NCBI GenBank assembly: GCA_963696295.1 | Contig: CAVOJR010000001.1 | Location: 1,216,001 to 1,280,000, forward strand | Source of the DNA: an uncultured Chlamydiae bacterium | GTDB taxonomy: Bacteria; Chlamydiota; Chlamydiia; Chlamydiales; JAJFMB01 | DNA length: 64,000 nt | Direction: 5' to 3' | Shown: one piece after another, positions 39,903-49,624 of the stretch | Layout: every line of letters starts with the position of its first letter | Numbering within the stretch: the stretch's first letter is position 1 | Position numbers and translations under genes: made by a program | The notes under the pieces: generated by a model | Databases searched by the model: none | What the model was told of the DNA's origin: nothing | Seen by the model: the letters and a program-made list of their open reading frames with translations, nothing else

Positions 39903-40718
39903 GTGAGACTGCTTTTTTTTATTTTTTACCTGACCTCTTTGCATGCGAACCAAAACTACTATCTTGTCACAGCAAATAATCATGGCTTTTTTCACAATTT
40001 TTGCGTCGTGCTGGGTTATTTAAATTTTTATGAAAACAACCCTTGCAATGGCTTAGAGATCTGTTTTAACAACGGATACTATTACGATCCCATTCATAAA
40101 GGCAATTGGTGGGAATATTATTTTGAGCCCATTAAATTAGGTTCCAAATTAAATTCGACCATCTATACTCCTAACCCCCCTGAAAAAAGGATTTTCGCAG
40201 AAGAGGCATTCCATTTTGACCGAAAAATGGCCCACGACCTGATTGAGAGGCATATTCGCGTCAAACCCTTTGTGACAAAAAAAGTGAATAAATTCTATAA
40301 TTCCAAAATGAAGAATCACTTTAATATCGGGATACATTATAGAGGCACCGATAAAGTCAGCGAGGTCCCGCAGGTCACCTATGCACAGATGTTGGATCGG
40401 ATCAGAGACATTTTGGGTATATATAAACAAGATGTGCGTCTCTTCGTCGCCACTGATGAGCAGGGCTTTTTGAAAGAAATGATCCGTGAATTTGGAGATA
40501 GGGTTGTGTATTTGGATAATTACAGATCAAAGAATAAGCAGCCTATCCACATTGATTCGAAACAAGCGCCTTTTCAGATGGGTTTAGAAGCTCTTTTGGA
40601 TTGTCTGCTCTTATCGAAATGCGACATTTTAATAAGGACAACCTACTCCAACGTGAGTCAAACCGCCTTATTTTTCAACTGCGATCAGGAGGATATTGTC
40701 ATTGAGATTTCAGTGTAG
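39903..40718 (+). CDS. NodZ/GT23-like fucosyltransferase (third copy) with signal peptide
   Basis: NWWEYYFEP, GIHYRGTDK, FVATDE, DCLLLSKCD; probable GTG start VRLLFFIFYLTSLHA-N. Confidence 0.75.
   Translation: MRLLFFIFYLTSLHANQNYYLVTANNHGFFHNFCVVLGYLNFYENNPCNGLEICFNNGYYYDPIHKGNWWEYYFEPIKLGSKLNSTIYTPNPPEKRIFAEEAFHFDRKMAHDLIERHIRVKPFVTKKVNKFYNSKMKNHFNIGIHYRGTDKVSEVPQVTYAQMLDRIRDILGIYKQDVRLFVATDEQGFLKEMIREFGDRVVYLDNYRSKNKQPIHIDSKQAPFQMGLEALLDCLLLSKCDILIRTTYSNVSQTALFFNCDQEDIVIEISV
40567..40702 (+). repeat. Direct repeat copy 1 (3' end of the NodZ-like gene)
   Basis: Shares CGCCTTTTCAGATG, CTTTTGGATTG, GCTCTTATC, AAATGCGACAT, AATAAGGAC, TACTCCAA, TCAGGAGGATATTGTCAT with 41694-41801. Confidence 0.85.
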
Positions 40719-40738
40719 ATCAAGATTGTCATAGTTGT

Positions 40739-41599
40739 TTGTTTTGGAGAGAAATTTATGCAGAATATTCTTATTTTATTATTTTTTTCCGTTTATTTCG
40801 GAGAATTATCATCAATAGATTATGGATTATTTGCCAAAGTGAAGTGAATAATAACTTTGCCATTTCAGGCTTTAAAATTTTTGGTGAACGGCATAGCGGC
40901 ACTAATTTTATTGAATTCTTAGTCAAAGGTAACTTATTAAATAATGGAAACGAAACTTTAGAATATGACAATTGGGCTTATGGGCACAAACACTATCCAT
41001 GCTGGTTTGAATTACCCCTTAATTTTTTTCATGGTCCAAACCGCAATTATAACTTTGAAGGAAGTGAGCATGTTCTCTTTTTAGTCATATACCGTAACCC
41101 TTATGCTTGGTTAAGAGGAATGCAAGAAGGTCCTTTTGATAGTTGTTTATTCAACATAGAGTTTTCTCAGTTCATTCGTACGCCTTGGGAATTGGATCCG
41201 CTAAATTATTTTGCAAATATAGAAATGCAGAAAAATCCATGGGTAGACCGAAATCCCCAAAGTGGTGAACTGTTTGAAAATGTGATGAAACTTAGATCGG
41301 CAAAAATTCGCACAATGCAGCAAATCAAAGATCGTGTCGAAAATATATACTATATTAATTATGAAACCCTCAGAGACTTTCCTGAACAGGTTTTGCAAGA
41401 GATAGCCAATCTTTTTCAATTAAAACGTACCCCAATATTCAATCCGGTCCTCTATAATAAAGGAGATCCCAATTTAGGCATTTTTACCCCGCGATATCTT
41501 CCAATTTCTCCTGATGATATGCAATTTATTAACGAGCAATTAGATAGAGAAATTGAAAGAAGCATTGGCTATGAACTTGTTGATGAGGAATTGCCTTGA
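40739..41599 (+). CDS. Sulfotransferase-like protein; the signal-peptide start at 40758 is out of frame
   Basis: GERHSGTNF P-loop, GHKH, YRNPYAWL, INYETL; ATG 40758 behind GGAGA encodes MQNILILLFFSVYFG in another frame. Confidence 0.6.
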   Translation: MFWREIYAEYSYFIIFFRLFRRIIINRLWIICQSEVNNNFAISGFKIFGERHSGTNFIEFLVKGNLLNNGNETLEYDNWAYGHKHYPCWFELPLNFFHGPNRNYNFEGSEHVLFLVIYRNPYAWLRGMQEGPFDSCLFNIEFSQFIRTPWELDPLNYFANIEMQKNPWVDRNPQSGELFENVMKLRSAKIRTMQQIKDRVENIYYINYETLRDFPEQVLQEIANLFQLKRTPIFNPVLYNKGDPNLGIFTPRYLPISPDDMQFINEQLDREIERSIGYELVDEELP

Positions 41600-41693
41600 G
41601 GTTAATGCCATTTAGCATCGCAATCACTTAATCAACCGAATATGCGGTTAAGATATTGACTTGTCCTTTCACCGACTCATATTTGATAATAAA

Positions 41694-41801
41694 CGCCTTT
41701 TCAGATGATTTTGAGACCCTTTTGGATTGACCGCTCTTATCAAAATGCGACATAATAAGGACGACATACTCCAATGTGAGGTCAGGAGGATATTGTCATA
41801 G
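41694..41801 (+). repeat. Direct repeat copy 2 (degenerate NodZ 3'-end fragment)
   Basis: Degenerate copy of 40567-40702 with internal deletions. Confidence 0.85.
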
Positions 41802-41809
41802 ATGCCATT

Positions 41810-43060
41810 TTATAAATATCTCGCTTCTACCCAACACCTCGATCCATCCTGATCATGTGATTGAAAAATATTGAGAATTTCTATAATACCAAGATCAACA
41901 CACCTATTAACAGCAGCACCAACTTCAAACCAATAATCATCTACCCATAAAATGGTGTCTTTTGTAGCTAACTTTTGACAATTTATAATATCTGTGTAAC
42001 AACCTTGAAAACTGTGATCCCCATCAATATAAATGAAATCATACTTGCGCGAGGGATTCATATTAGCCAAATTTGGCAATACAACTTTGGAGTCCCCTTC
42101 ATGAAACTGATATTGGGCTCCAAATTTTCTTCTGAAAAACTCTACACCTATTGGAGTATAAGAATGATGATTGATATCTACCGATGTTAATGATGCATTT
42201 GGAAAATGTGAAAGAAAGATTTCAGCACTATGACCGGCATTAAAGCCAACTTCGAGAATGGTATTGATGTTCTTATATCCATTTAAAATGTTATGGAACT
42301 GTCCTTTCTGAGCTTCAGTCATATACCCCTCATTTACAGATGAATGCAAAGGTTTAAGGTTGAAGTTATAAATCTTCAAATAATCATCAAGACTCCACAT
42401 TTCTTTTGAATCTACTACTCTGGAAGCATATTCTTGGAGTAGCTCAAAAATTCTCCACCCCCTAGTACTTGCAAAATGAATGATGAAATCGCCGTCTTTG
42501 TAATTTATGGGATAGGAGTTCATTAGTCTAGAGGGGATCACTTTAGTTTTTTTCATGCGTTGTTGATCTTTTAAAAGCCTATAATAGCTGTTGTTCCCAC
42601 CATATATATAAATAAATTGGGTTTGATTATAAACTTCTACGAGAAAGTTACGACTCCAGTCGGTATTCTTTAAATAAAAATGACCGCTATTAAGATCATT
42701 TTCGTCTCTATTCAAGATGAAGTCATATTTATCATCAATCAACTCCTCAAGTTTAACAGCAAAATTCATAAATAAAGCGTCTGCATCACTCCAAAATATC
42801 CATTCATAAATGCCGGTAGAAAGAACTTCCTCAATAATTTTTATCTTACTCCAAGCTGGATGACGAGAGGGATCAAGAGAATGCTCTAGGCAGAAAAAAT
42901 CATATCCATGTTTTTTGCAGTACTCTCTCTTGTTTTCTATGGAAGGCGATACAATTCTCTGATATTCATCACCGATAGCTACTGTAACAACAGCGATATT
43001 TGAAGCTGATAGGTTGATCCAATAAAAAAAGGTAAAAATCGATAAAAATAACGTTCTCAT
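41810..43060 (-). CDS. Fusion of GT34 (GMA12/MNN10-like) glycosyltransferase and class I methyltransferase, with signal peptide
   Basis: YCKKHGY, WSKI, WIFWSDADA, NSG, GDFIIHFA (GT34); LEVGFNAGHSA, YIDGDH, VDD (methyltransferase); signal ending NLSA-S. Confidence 0.8.
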   Translation of the reverse strand: MRTLFLSIFTFFYWINLSASNIAVVTVAIGDEYQRIVSPSIENKREYCKKHGYDFFCLEHSLDPSRHPAWSKIKIIEEVLSTGIYEWIFWSDADALFMNFAVKLEELIDDKYDFILNRDENDLNSGHFYLKNTDWSRNFLVEVYNQTQFIYIYGGNNSYYRLLKDQQRMKKTKVIPSRLMNSYPINYKDGDFIIHFASTRGWRIFELLQEYASRVVDSKEMWSLDDYLKIYNFNLKPLHSSVNEGYMTEAQKGQFHNILNGYKNINTILEVGFNAGHSAEIFLSHFPNASLTSVDINHHSYTPIGVEFFRRKFGAQYQFHEGDSKVVLPNLANMNPSRKYDFIYIDGDHSFQGCYTDIINCQKLATKDTILWVDDYWFEVGAAVNRCVDLGIIEILNIFQSHDQDGSRCWVEARYL

Positions 43061-43090
43061 AAATCCTCAGAGGTTTTCTGTATATTAATG

Positions 43091-43119
43091 ATAATAAAAC
43101 ATAATATACATCTTTGCAA
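43091..43119 (-). promoter_or_regulatory. sigma66/70-type promoter for the GT34 fusion gene
   Basis: On the minus strand TTGCAA-17 bp-TATTAT. Confidence 0.6.
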
Positions 43120-43486
43120 CATGCTTTTTTTCCTGAAAATCTGAAATATAGTTAGATACTTTTAACAATCATTCCTTTAAGGCCTCCTTATTCCTCGTTG
43201 AAATAGAGTTTCCATTCACCGATTTTGCCATGACAGAATGCCACCCCATAAATTGAAGCATATTTCATTTAGACCGTTTGCAATTTTTAATACATCCTGT
43301 GTCTGGGCATCACGGCTATTGGTTTCATTTCGTGCACTTAGTATTTTGGAGCGAGACCCAAGAAGTCTCGATTCAAGATTTCGCTCGCAGCCCTAAATAC
43401 CACTGCACGACATTAAACCAATAGACAGAAATCGTGGTTCTCAATGGCAGCAATGATACAGACAGAGAGCTAAAAAGAAAAAATAG

Positions 43487-43510
43487 AAAAAAGCCGCAAT
43501 CTAGCGGCTT
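43487..43510 (-). terminator. Rho-independent terminator of the BI-1/YccA gene
   Basis: AAGCCGC-6 nt-GCGGCTT hairpin followed by a T tract on the minus strand, overlapping the stop. Confidence 0.7.
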
Positions 43511-44251
43511 CTCATCTTGGAGAGCAGTCTCAGGAACTCGATGTAGAGCCAAATGAGGGTGACCATCATCGCAAAACCGCCGTACCACTCCATGTATTTG
43601 GGCACTTTATAGCGCGCGCCCTGCTCGATAAAATCGAAGTCGATGATGAAATTCAAGGCGGCGATTGCCCACAACAATCAGGGAAAAACCAATGCCAACG
43701 GGGCCGTTTCCATAGATAATGGAGAGGTTAACGCCAAAGAAACTCAAAACGAGCGAAACAAGATAGACCAGGGCTACAGCTCCGGTAGCTGCGAAGATGC
43801 CGAGCTTGAATTTCTCGGTGGCGCGCACCAGGCCCGACTGGTAGAGGAACAGCATCATGGCCAAGGTGCCGAAGGTCAGCCCGGCGGCCTGGATGACTAT
43901 GCCGGAAAACTGCGCTTCCAGAACTGAGGAGATGCCTCCGATAAAAAGACCTTCGAATAAAGCATAGATCGGCGCGCTCACAGGAGCCCACTCTTTCTTA
44001 AAAATGGTCGTAAGGGCGGCGATGAAACCTCCGATAGCGCCTCCGATCATCCAGGGAGTGACGACGGCCGGATTGCCTCCCGATTTGGCAAAAAGGCTCC
44101 ATGTCCATCCGGCTGACAGCAGGGCGCACAAGAGCAAAAGGGCCGTTTTTATCACGGTTCCGCCTATTGTCATTGTGTTCGATTGGTCAATTACGCGGCC
44201 GAAACCGGTAAAGGTGTTCATTGTCAACGCAGGATTTGATGAGCGCATCAC
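43501..44251 (-). CDS. Bax inhibitor-1/YccA-family membrane protein with one frameshift near 43668
   Basis: MRSSNPAL, YALFEGLFIGGIS; the alternate frame continues IAALNFIIDFDFIEQG...KYMEWYGGF...TLIWLYIEFLRLLSKMRSR* to 43501. Confidence 0.85.
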
Positions 44252-44364
44252 TTTTTCTCCTTATTTTTCGGAAATTTAGATTTTACCTCAAATGCGCAAC
44301 TTATGGAAAGCAAAAAATGACAAGATGTGTTATACTAAAATCAAACTGAACCCAAGAGAGCAAC

Positions 44365-47300
44365 ATGATTGGATTCCTCAAAAAAATATTTGGAACTGCC
44401 CAAGACCGGACTATTAAGAAATACCGCAAAATTGTGGAACAAGTGAATGAATGGGCGGAAAAACTCCATCCTCTTAGCGACGAGCAGTTAAAGAATAAGA
44501 CTCTTGAGTTCAAAGAACGGATAAAAAAAGGGGAAGACCCGGATCACCTGCTGCCCGAAGCCTATGCGGTGGTCAAAGAGGCGTGCCGCCGCCTTTGCGG
44601 CACCGAAGTCCACGTTTCGGGATACAATCAAAAATGGGACATGGTTCCCTATGATGTGCAAATCGTCGGCGCGATTGCCCTCCATAAAGGCGCCATCGCT
44701 GAGATGCAGACCGGCGAGGGTAAGACGCTTACCGCCGTTATGCCCCTTTACCTCAATGCTCTTACCGGAAAACCTGTTCATCTCGTCACGGTCAACGACT
44801 ACCTGGCGCAGCGGGACTGCGAATGGATGGGCTCCGTATTCCGCTGGCTCGGCTTAACGACCAACTCCATCACTGAATTCCACCCCTCCCGAAAGAAGAA
44901 AAGAGGTTTATGAAGCCGACATCGTCTATGGCACAGCCTCCGAATTCGGCTTTGACTACCTGCGCGATAATTCCATGGCTAATGAGCAAGGATGAACAGG
45001 TGCAGCGCGGCTATTATTTCGCCATCATCGACGAAGTGGACTCCATCTTAATCGATGAAGCGAGAACCCCCTTGATCATCTCCGGCCCGGTCCCCGACAG
45101 CCGCCAAATGTATGACGAGCTGAAAGAAGGGGTGGCCAACCTCGTGCGCCGCCAGCGCGATCTTTGCAACCGCTTCGCCACCGAAGCGCGCAAAGTGCTC
45201 GACAAGGCAGGCTTGCTGGAGGAAGGAGCTCCCTCCAAAAAACTCAATGAAGAGGAAGAAAGAGGCCCTCCGCAAGCTATGGCTCGTCAGCAAAGGGACT
45301 CCGCGCAATAAGATCTTGACGCACGCCAAGGAAGATCCCGATCTGCGCGCGGCATCGACAAGTGGGACCTCTACTACTATTCCGAGCAGAATAAAGAGGA
45401 AAAGGCCAAAGCCCTCGCCGAGCTTTTCATGACGATCGATGAGAAAGGAAACGAGTTTGAACTCACCGATAAGGGGATCGCCTCCTGGCAGGACTCCGCA
45501 AACGGCATCGGTTCGCCAGACGATTTCATCATGCTCGACATCAGCCATGAATATCTCAAGATCGACGAAAATCGCGATTTCGACCAGGAAGAGAAAGAGA
45601 AAGCGCGGCTGGCCGTCCAGGAAGAGGACGCCAAGCGGAAAGAGCGCGCCCACAACTTGCGACAGCTGCTGCGCGCCCATCTTCTCATGGAAAAAGATGT
45701 CGACTATATCATTCAAGACGACAAGATCATCATCATTGATGAAAACACCGGCCGCCCCCAGCCCGGCCGCCGTTTCTCAGACGGACTGCATCAGGCGATC
45801 GAAGCCAAAGAAGGTGTCTCGATCCAAAAAGAGACTCAAACCTACGCCACCATCACCTTGCAAAACTATTTCCGCATGTACACTAAGCTCGCAGGGATGA
45901 CCGGTACCGCCATGACGGAAGCGAACGAATTCAAGCAAATTTATAAACTCGAAGTCCTTGAGATCCCCACCCATCACCCTTGTGTCCGCAAATGATTTCA
46001 ACGATGAAATCTATATGACTGAAAGGGAAAAATATAACGCCATCCTGAAAGAGGTCAGAGAAATCCACTGCTCAAGGCACGACCCATCCTGATCGGCACG
46101 GAATCGGTGGAAATTTCGGAAAAACTATCCCGCATTTTTAAACAAAACAAACTGCGAACACACCGTCCTTAACGCCAAGCACAATGAGAAAGAAGCTGAA
46201 ATCGTCGCCCAAGCCGGACAAAGAGGCGCCATCACCATCGCCACCAACATGGCCGGCCGCGGCACCGACATCAAATTGGGCGAAGGGGTCGCAGAACTCG
46301 GCGGCCTATACGTCATGGGCACCACGCGCCACCAGTCGCGCCGCATCGACCGGCAGCTGCGCGGCCGCTGCGCCCGTCAAGGGGATCCCGGCTCCTCCAA
46401 GTTCTACGTCTCTTTTGAAGACACCCTGCTGCGCCTTTTCGCCTCTCCCCGGCTGACGTCTGTTTTGCAGCGCTTCCGCCCGCCGGAAGGGGAGCCTATC
46501 TCCGCCGGCATCCTGAACCAATCCATTGAAACGGCCCAAAAGAGGATCGAACAGCGCAACTACATGATCCGCAAACACACGCTGGAATACGACGATGTGA
46601 TGAACAAACAGCGCCAGGAAGTATACAGCTTCAGAAATGAAGTACTCCACTCGGACAACATCAGCGAGATTGCGATGGAGCTTCTCGATGACGTTTGCCA
46701 CCACGCCGCCGGAAAATATTGCCAGCAGCGAGGCGAAGAAGGGGGATGGGACACAGAGGGCTTGCGCCAATGGCTGATCACCCACTTTCCGGTCTCCTTT
46801 GCCGAAGGGGTCTTCGATGAAGATTACATGACAGCGGATGATATTGCCAAAATCGCTTCTGAAAAGGTGCTGCATTCCTTTAAAGAGAAGCTGGAAAGGG
46901 AAAACAGCAAAGTGGGCGGAAACCAGGACCGAAAGCCTGCCAACGAAGCTGTCAGAAACCTTTTCATCCGCTTCATCGATCAGCGCTGGCAGGAACATTT
47001 GCTCGCCATGGACCACTTGCGCTCGGATGTCAATTTGCGCGCTGTCGGCCAGCGCGATCCGTTAACCGAGTTCAAATATGAAGCCTTCGCCCTATTCGAT
47101 GAGCTCGGCACCTCTTTAAGAACGGAGATCGCGCAAAATCTCTTCAAATTCGAGATCATCACCTCGCAGCACCCAACGCTGCAGCAATTGCTGGCCAACC
47201 TGCTTATGGAGACCAACCGCTCGCTGGTCGATGATCTGGGAAATGAAGAGAAGAGCGGCAGTGAAGAAACTATACCTGTTAAGGTACAGCCCATTACAAC

Positions 47301-47400
47301 TGCTCCTAAAGTCGGGCGCAATGACGATTGCCCCTGCGGCAGCGGAAAAAAATACAAAAAATGTTGTGGCGCCCAAAGGGAAGAAAATGCTAATGTCTAA
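44365..47400 (+). CDS. secA: Preprotein translocase ATPase SecA, broken by about 7 frameshifts (probably sequencing error)
   Basis: [97 protein letters not shown] spread across frames. Confidence 0.93.
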
Positions 47401-47430
47401 CGACATTAATTTTTAACCCTTTATGTCATC

Positions 47431-48906
47431 ATGTCTAAAATATTTTCCCCTACTTTTATAACGAATGCCAAGGCCTTGTGCCTTGGCATCGAACAGCAGA
47501 AAATTGAAAGTCCAAAGAGCGAACCCACCCCCTCCGGCATTACTACCAAGGCGATCCATCTTTGGGACAAAAGCTATCATGAGAAGCGGATAGAAACTCT
47601 TGCCAAATATTATATAGAGAAACTGAAACTTTATTTAGAGGCTAACCCCCGCCGTTCCGTACCCGATGCTCTCAAAGACAAACTGGTCTATACCGATGTG
47701 CGCAATTTCCTGCGCAACGACGGGGTTAATCATGGAAAAAACCCGCTGATTGTCGAGCTCAAAAAGCTGCATCTCGCGGCAAAACTCGGCATTACGCCTG
47801 AAGTGATGGACGCGAATGAAGGGTTTGAGTCCTATGCCAGAAATTCCCTGGAAAGGTATTTGCTGAAATTTTCCGAGGAGATAAAAGTGGATCCCTTTTC
47901 AAAAGAAATCTCCCTGAAATTTGAAGGGGAATATACCCCATGGAGCGAGATCTACAAAGCAAAAGTCAAGCGCGATGAAAATCCGAATGGAGATTTGCGC
48001 TATCATTGGCATTACAACAGAAACGGGGTGCAGTGGAATAAAGATTTCTTTATTTTTGACACACTCGAGCCTATGTTTATCAGAAAAGATCTCACCGAAG
48101 AGGAAAAGATCGATACCTTTGAAGTTTGCGCTATTGAAAGTGTGAAAACCTGGCTGGCTCCGATCACCGGCGTGCATGTATGGTTTAGAATCAAAACTTC
48201 CGATGGGCGCGTCTATTGCTTAGGCGTCTATCGCCCGGCAAAAACAGGCTTCCTTGACCATTTTGATCGTTCCTTTCGCATCAAACAGGCTTACTTCGGC
48301 CATGAGATCAGCGAGTTTTGGCCAATGGATGAGGATGATTTCCGATCTATTGAAGTTCAGATCACCCCTGAGCAAAGGGATAAAATACTGGAAAAATTTA
48401 TGCGTGATGCGAAAGACCCGGAGAAAACCTTTCAAATTTCGCAAGGAAACTGCGTGGTTTACGCCTCTGATATCTTACGCGACATCGTCGGGGTGACTTT
48501 ACCGACGGAACAGTCGTTATTTGGCCTGTTGAACCCTAAAAGATTCCATTGGATCACCAACCAAATTCCCCGCAAAATTCGAGAGATCTGCGTCGCTGTC
48601 GGCGCCATCTTCGTCAACCTGCTTCAAGTTGCCTTGGGGGCCACTTTGGTAGACAAAAAGGTCAAAGCCAAGAATGTGAAACCGCTTATCAGCTCCTTCT
48701 GGGATATCTTCAATCCCAAAAAAGCCTTAGGGTACCACCCCTACAGCATCTTTACCAAAACTCATGATTGGGTGCAGAACTGGCGAAAAAAAGAGGCGAT
48801 GCGCCTGGAGAAAGAGCATGCAAATAATAAGCCGGAATTGGAAAAACAGCTTAGGTCTTTGAAAACTCAGCTGCCGCCAAAATCGGAGCTGCCCCTCTAT
48901 TACTGA
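47431..48906 (+). CDS. Hypothetical protein with His...Asn-Cys (permuted papain-like) motif; effector candidate
   Basis: GVHVWFRI...GRVYCLG and FQISQGNCVVY; hydrophobic segment near the C-terminus. Confidence 0.55.
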   Translation: MSKIFSPTFITNAKALCLGIEQQKIESPKSEPTPSGITTKAIHLWDKSYHEKRIETLAKYYIEKLKLYLEANPRRSVPDALKDKLVYTDVRNFLRNDGVNHGKNPLIVELKKLHLAAKLGITPEVMDANEGFESYARNSLERYLLKFSEEIKVDPFSKEISLKFEGEYTPWSEIYKAKVKRDENPNGDLRYHWHYNRNGVQWNKDFFIFDTLEPMFIRKDLTEEEKIDTFEVCAIESVKTWLAPITGVHVWFRIKTSDGRVYCLGVYRPAKTGFLDHFDRSFRIKQAYFGHEISEFWPMDEDDFRSIEVQITPEQRDKILEKFMRDAKDPEKTFQISQGNCVVYASDILRDIVGVTLPTEQSLFGLLNPKRFHWITNQIPRKIREICVAVGAIFVNLLQVALGATLVDKKVKAKNVKPLISSFWDIFNPKKALGYHPYSIFTKTHDWVQNWRKKEAMRLEKEHANNKPELEKQLRSLKTQLPPKSELPLYY

Positions 48907-48907
48907 T

Positions 48908-49384
48908 CTATTCCCGCTCTTCTACGCCGCTTAAGGCTTTCCATCCGAATAGAAGAGCCAGGAAGCCAAATGCCAGATAATAGTACCAGTACGCGCCATT
49001 CCACTGTAAAATAAAGACTCCCTTTTTAGAAAACAGGAAGAGCGCCAAACCGAACAGGAAAAAGACTGTGCCGGACAAGAGCATGGAAAGGGGTATGATG
49101 ATCCGCTTCAGTTCATCGGAGCCATGTTTCATCTCCTCGGCCACGTGCATGCTTGTGACCTCCTCGATCCCTTTTTTCGCTCCAAAGGGAGACGGGGGGA
49201 TTTCGCTCTGCCTCTGCTGAGGCTCCATGCGGTAAGGCGGGGAAAAAAGATCCTCAATTTCCTCCTCGGAACTATTTTCCTCCGAAGGGCTGAGATAAAC
49301 GCCGCAATAAGGGCAGTTTTCCTCTTGCAATGAGACATTTCCCTCGCAATTCCAGCATAGCTTTTTCTTGGTGGGTCCGGTCAT
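48908..49384 (-). CDS. Conserved chlamydial zinc-ribbon plus two-TM protein (CT556-like position)
   Basis: CWNC...CPYCG, two C-terminal TMs, divergent from lpdA. Confidence 0.7.
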   Translation of the reverse strand: MTGPTKKKLCWNCEGNVSLQEENCPYCGVYLSPSEENSSEEEIEDLFSPPYRMEPQQRQSEIPPSPFGAKKGIEEVTSMHVAEEMKHGSDELKRIIIPLSMLLSGTVFFLFGLALFLFSKKGVFILQWNGAYWYYYLAFGFLALLFGWKALSGVEERE

Positions 49385-49624
49385 GGAGAGGTCCCTTTGC
49401 AAATAGACGGATTCAATACTATCTCTATGCCTTAAAACATGATTTCTTGCAAGGTTAAAACTGCAATATCCTTAAATATATAACCCGCTCTCTTACTTGG
49501 ATTTCCATGTATCATAAAGCTCTTGTTTCTACTTCAGAACACATTCCAAATCACGAAATTTTGAGATTTACAAAATAAACTTAATTTTATATCTTCAAAA
49601 TTCGACCAAAAAAAAGGAAACCTT

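Noticed and set aside
43373..43588. 71-aa minus-strand ORF after the BI-1 gene
   Set aside because: Off-frame overlap with the true BI-1 C-terminus and its terminator
44365..47400. secA as a genuine pseudogene or several separate genes
   Set aside because: Essential gene with intact motifs across frames; indels cluster with those in neighbouring genes, pointing to sequencing error
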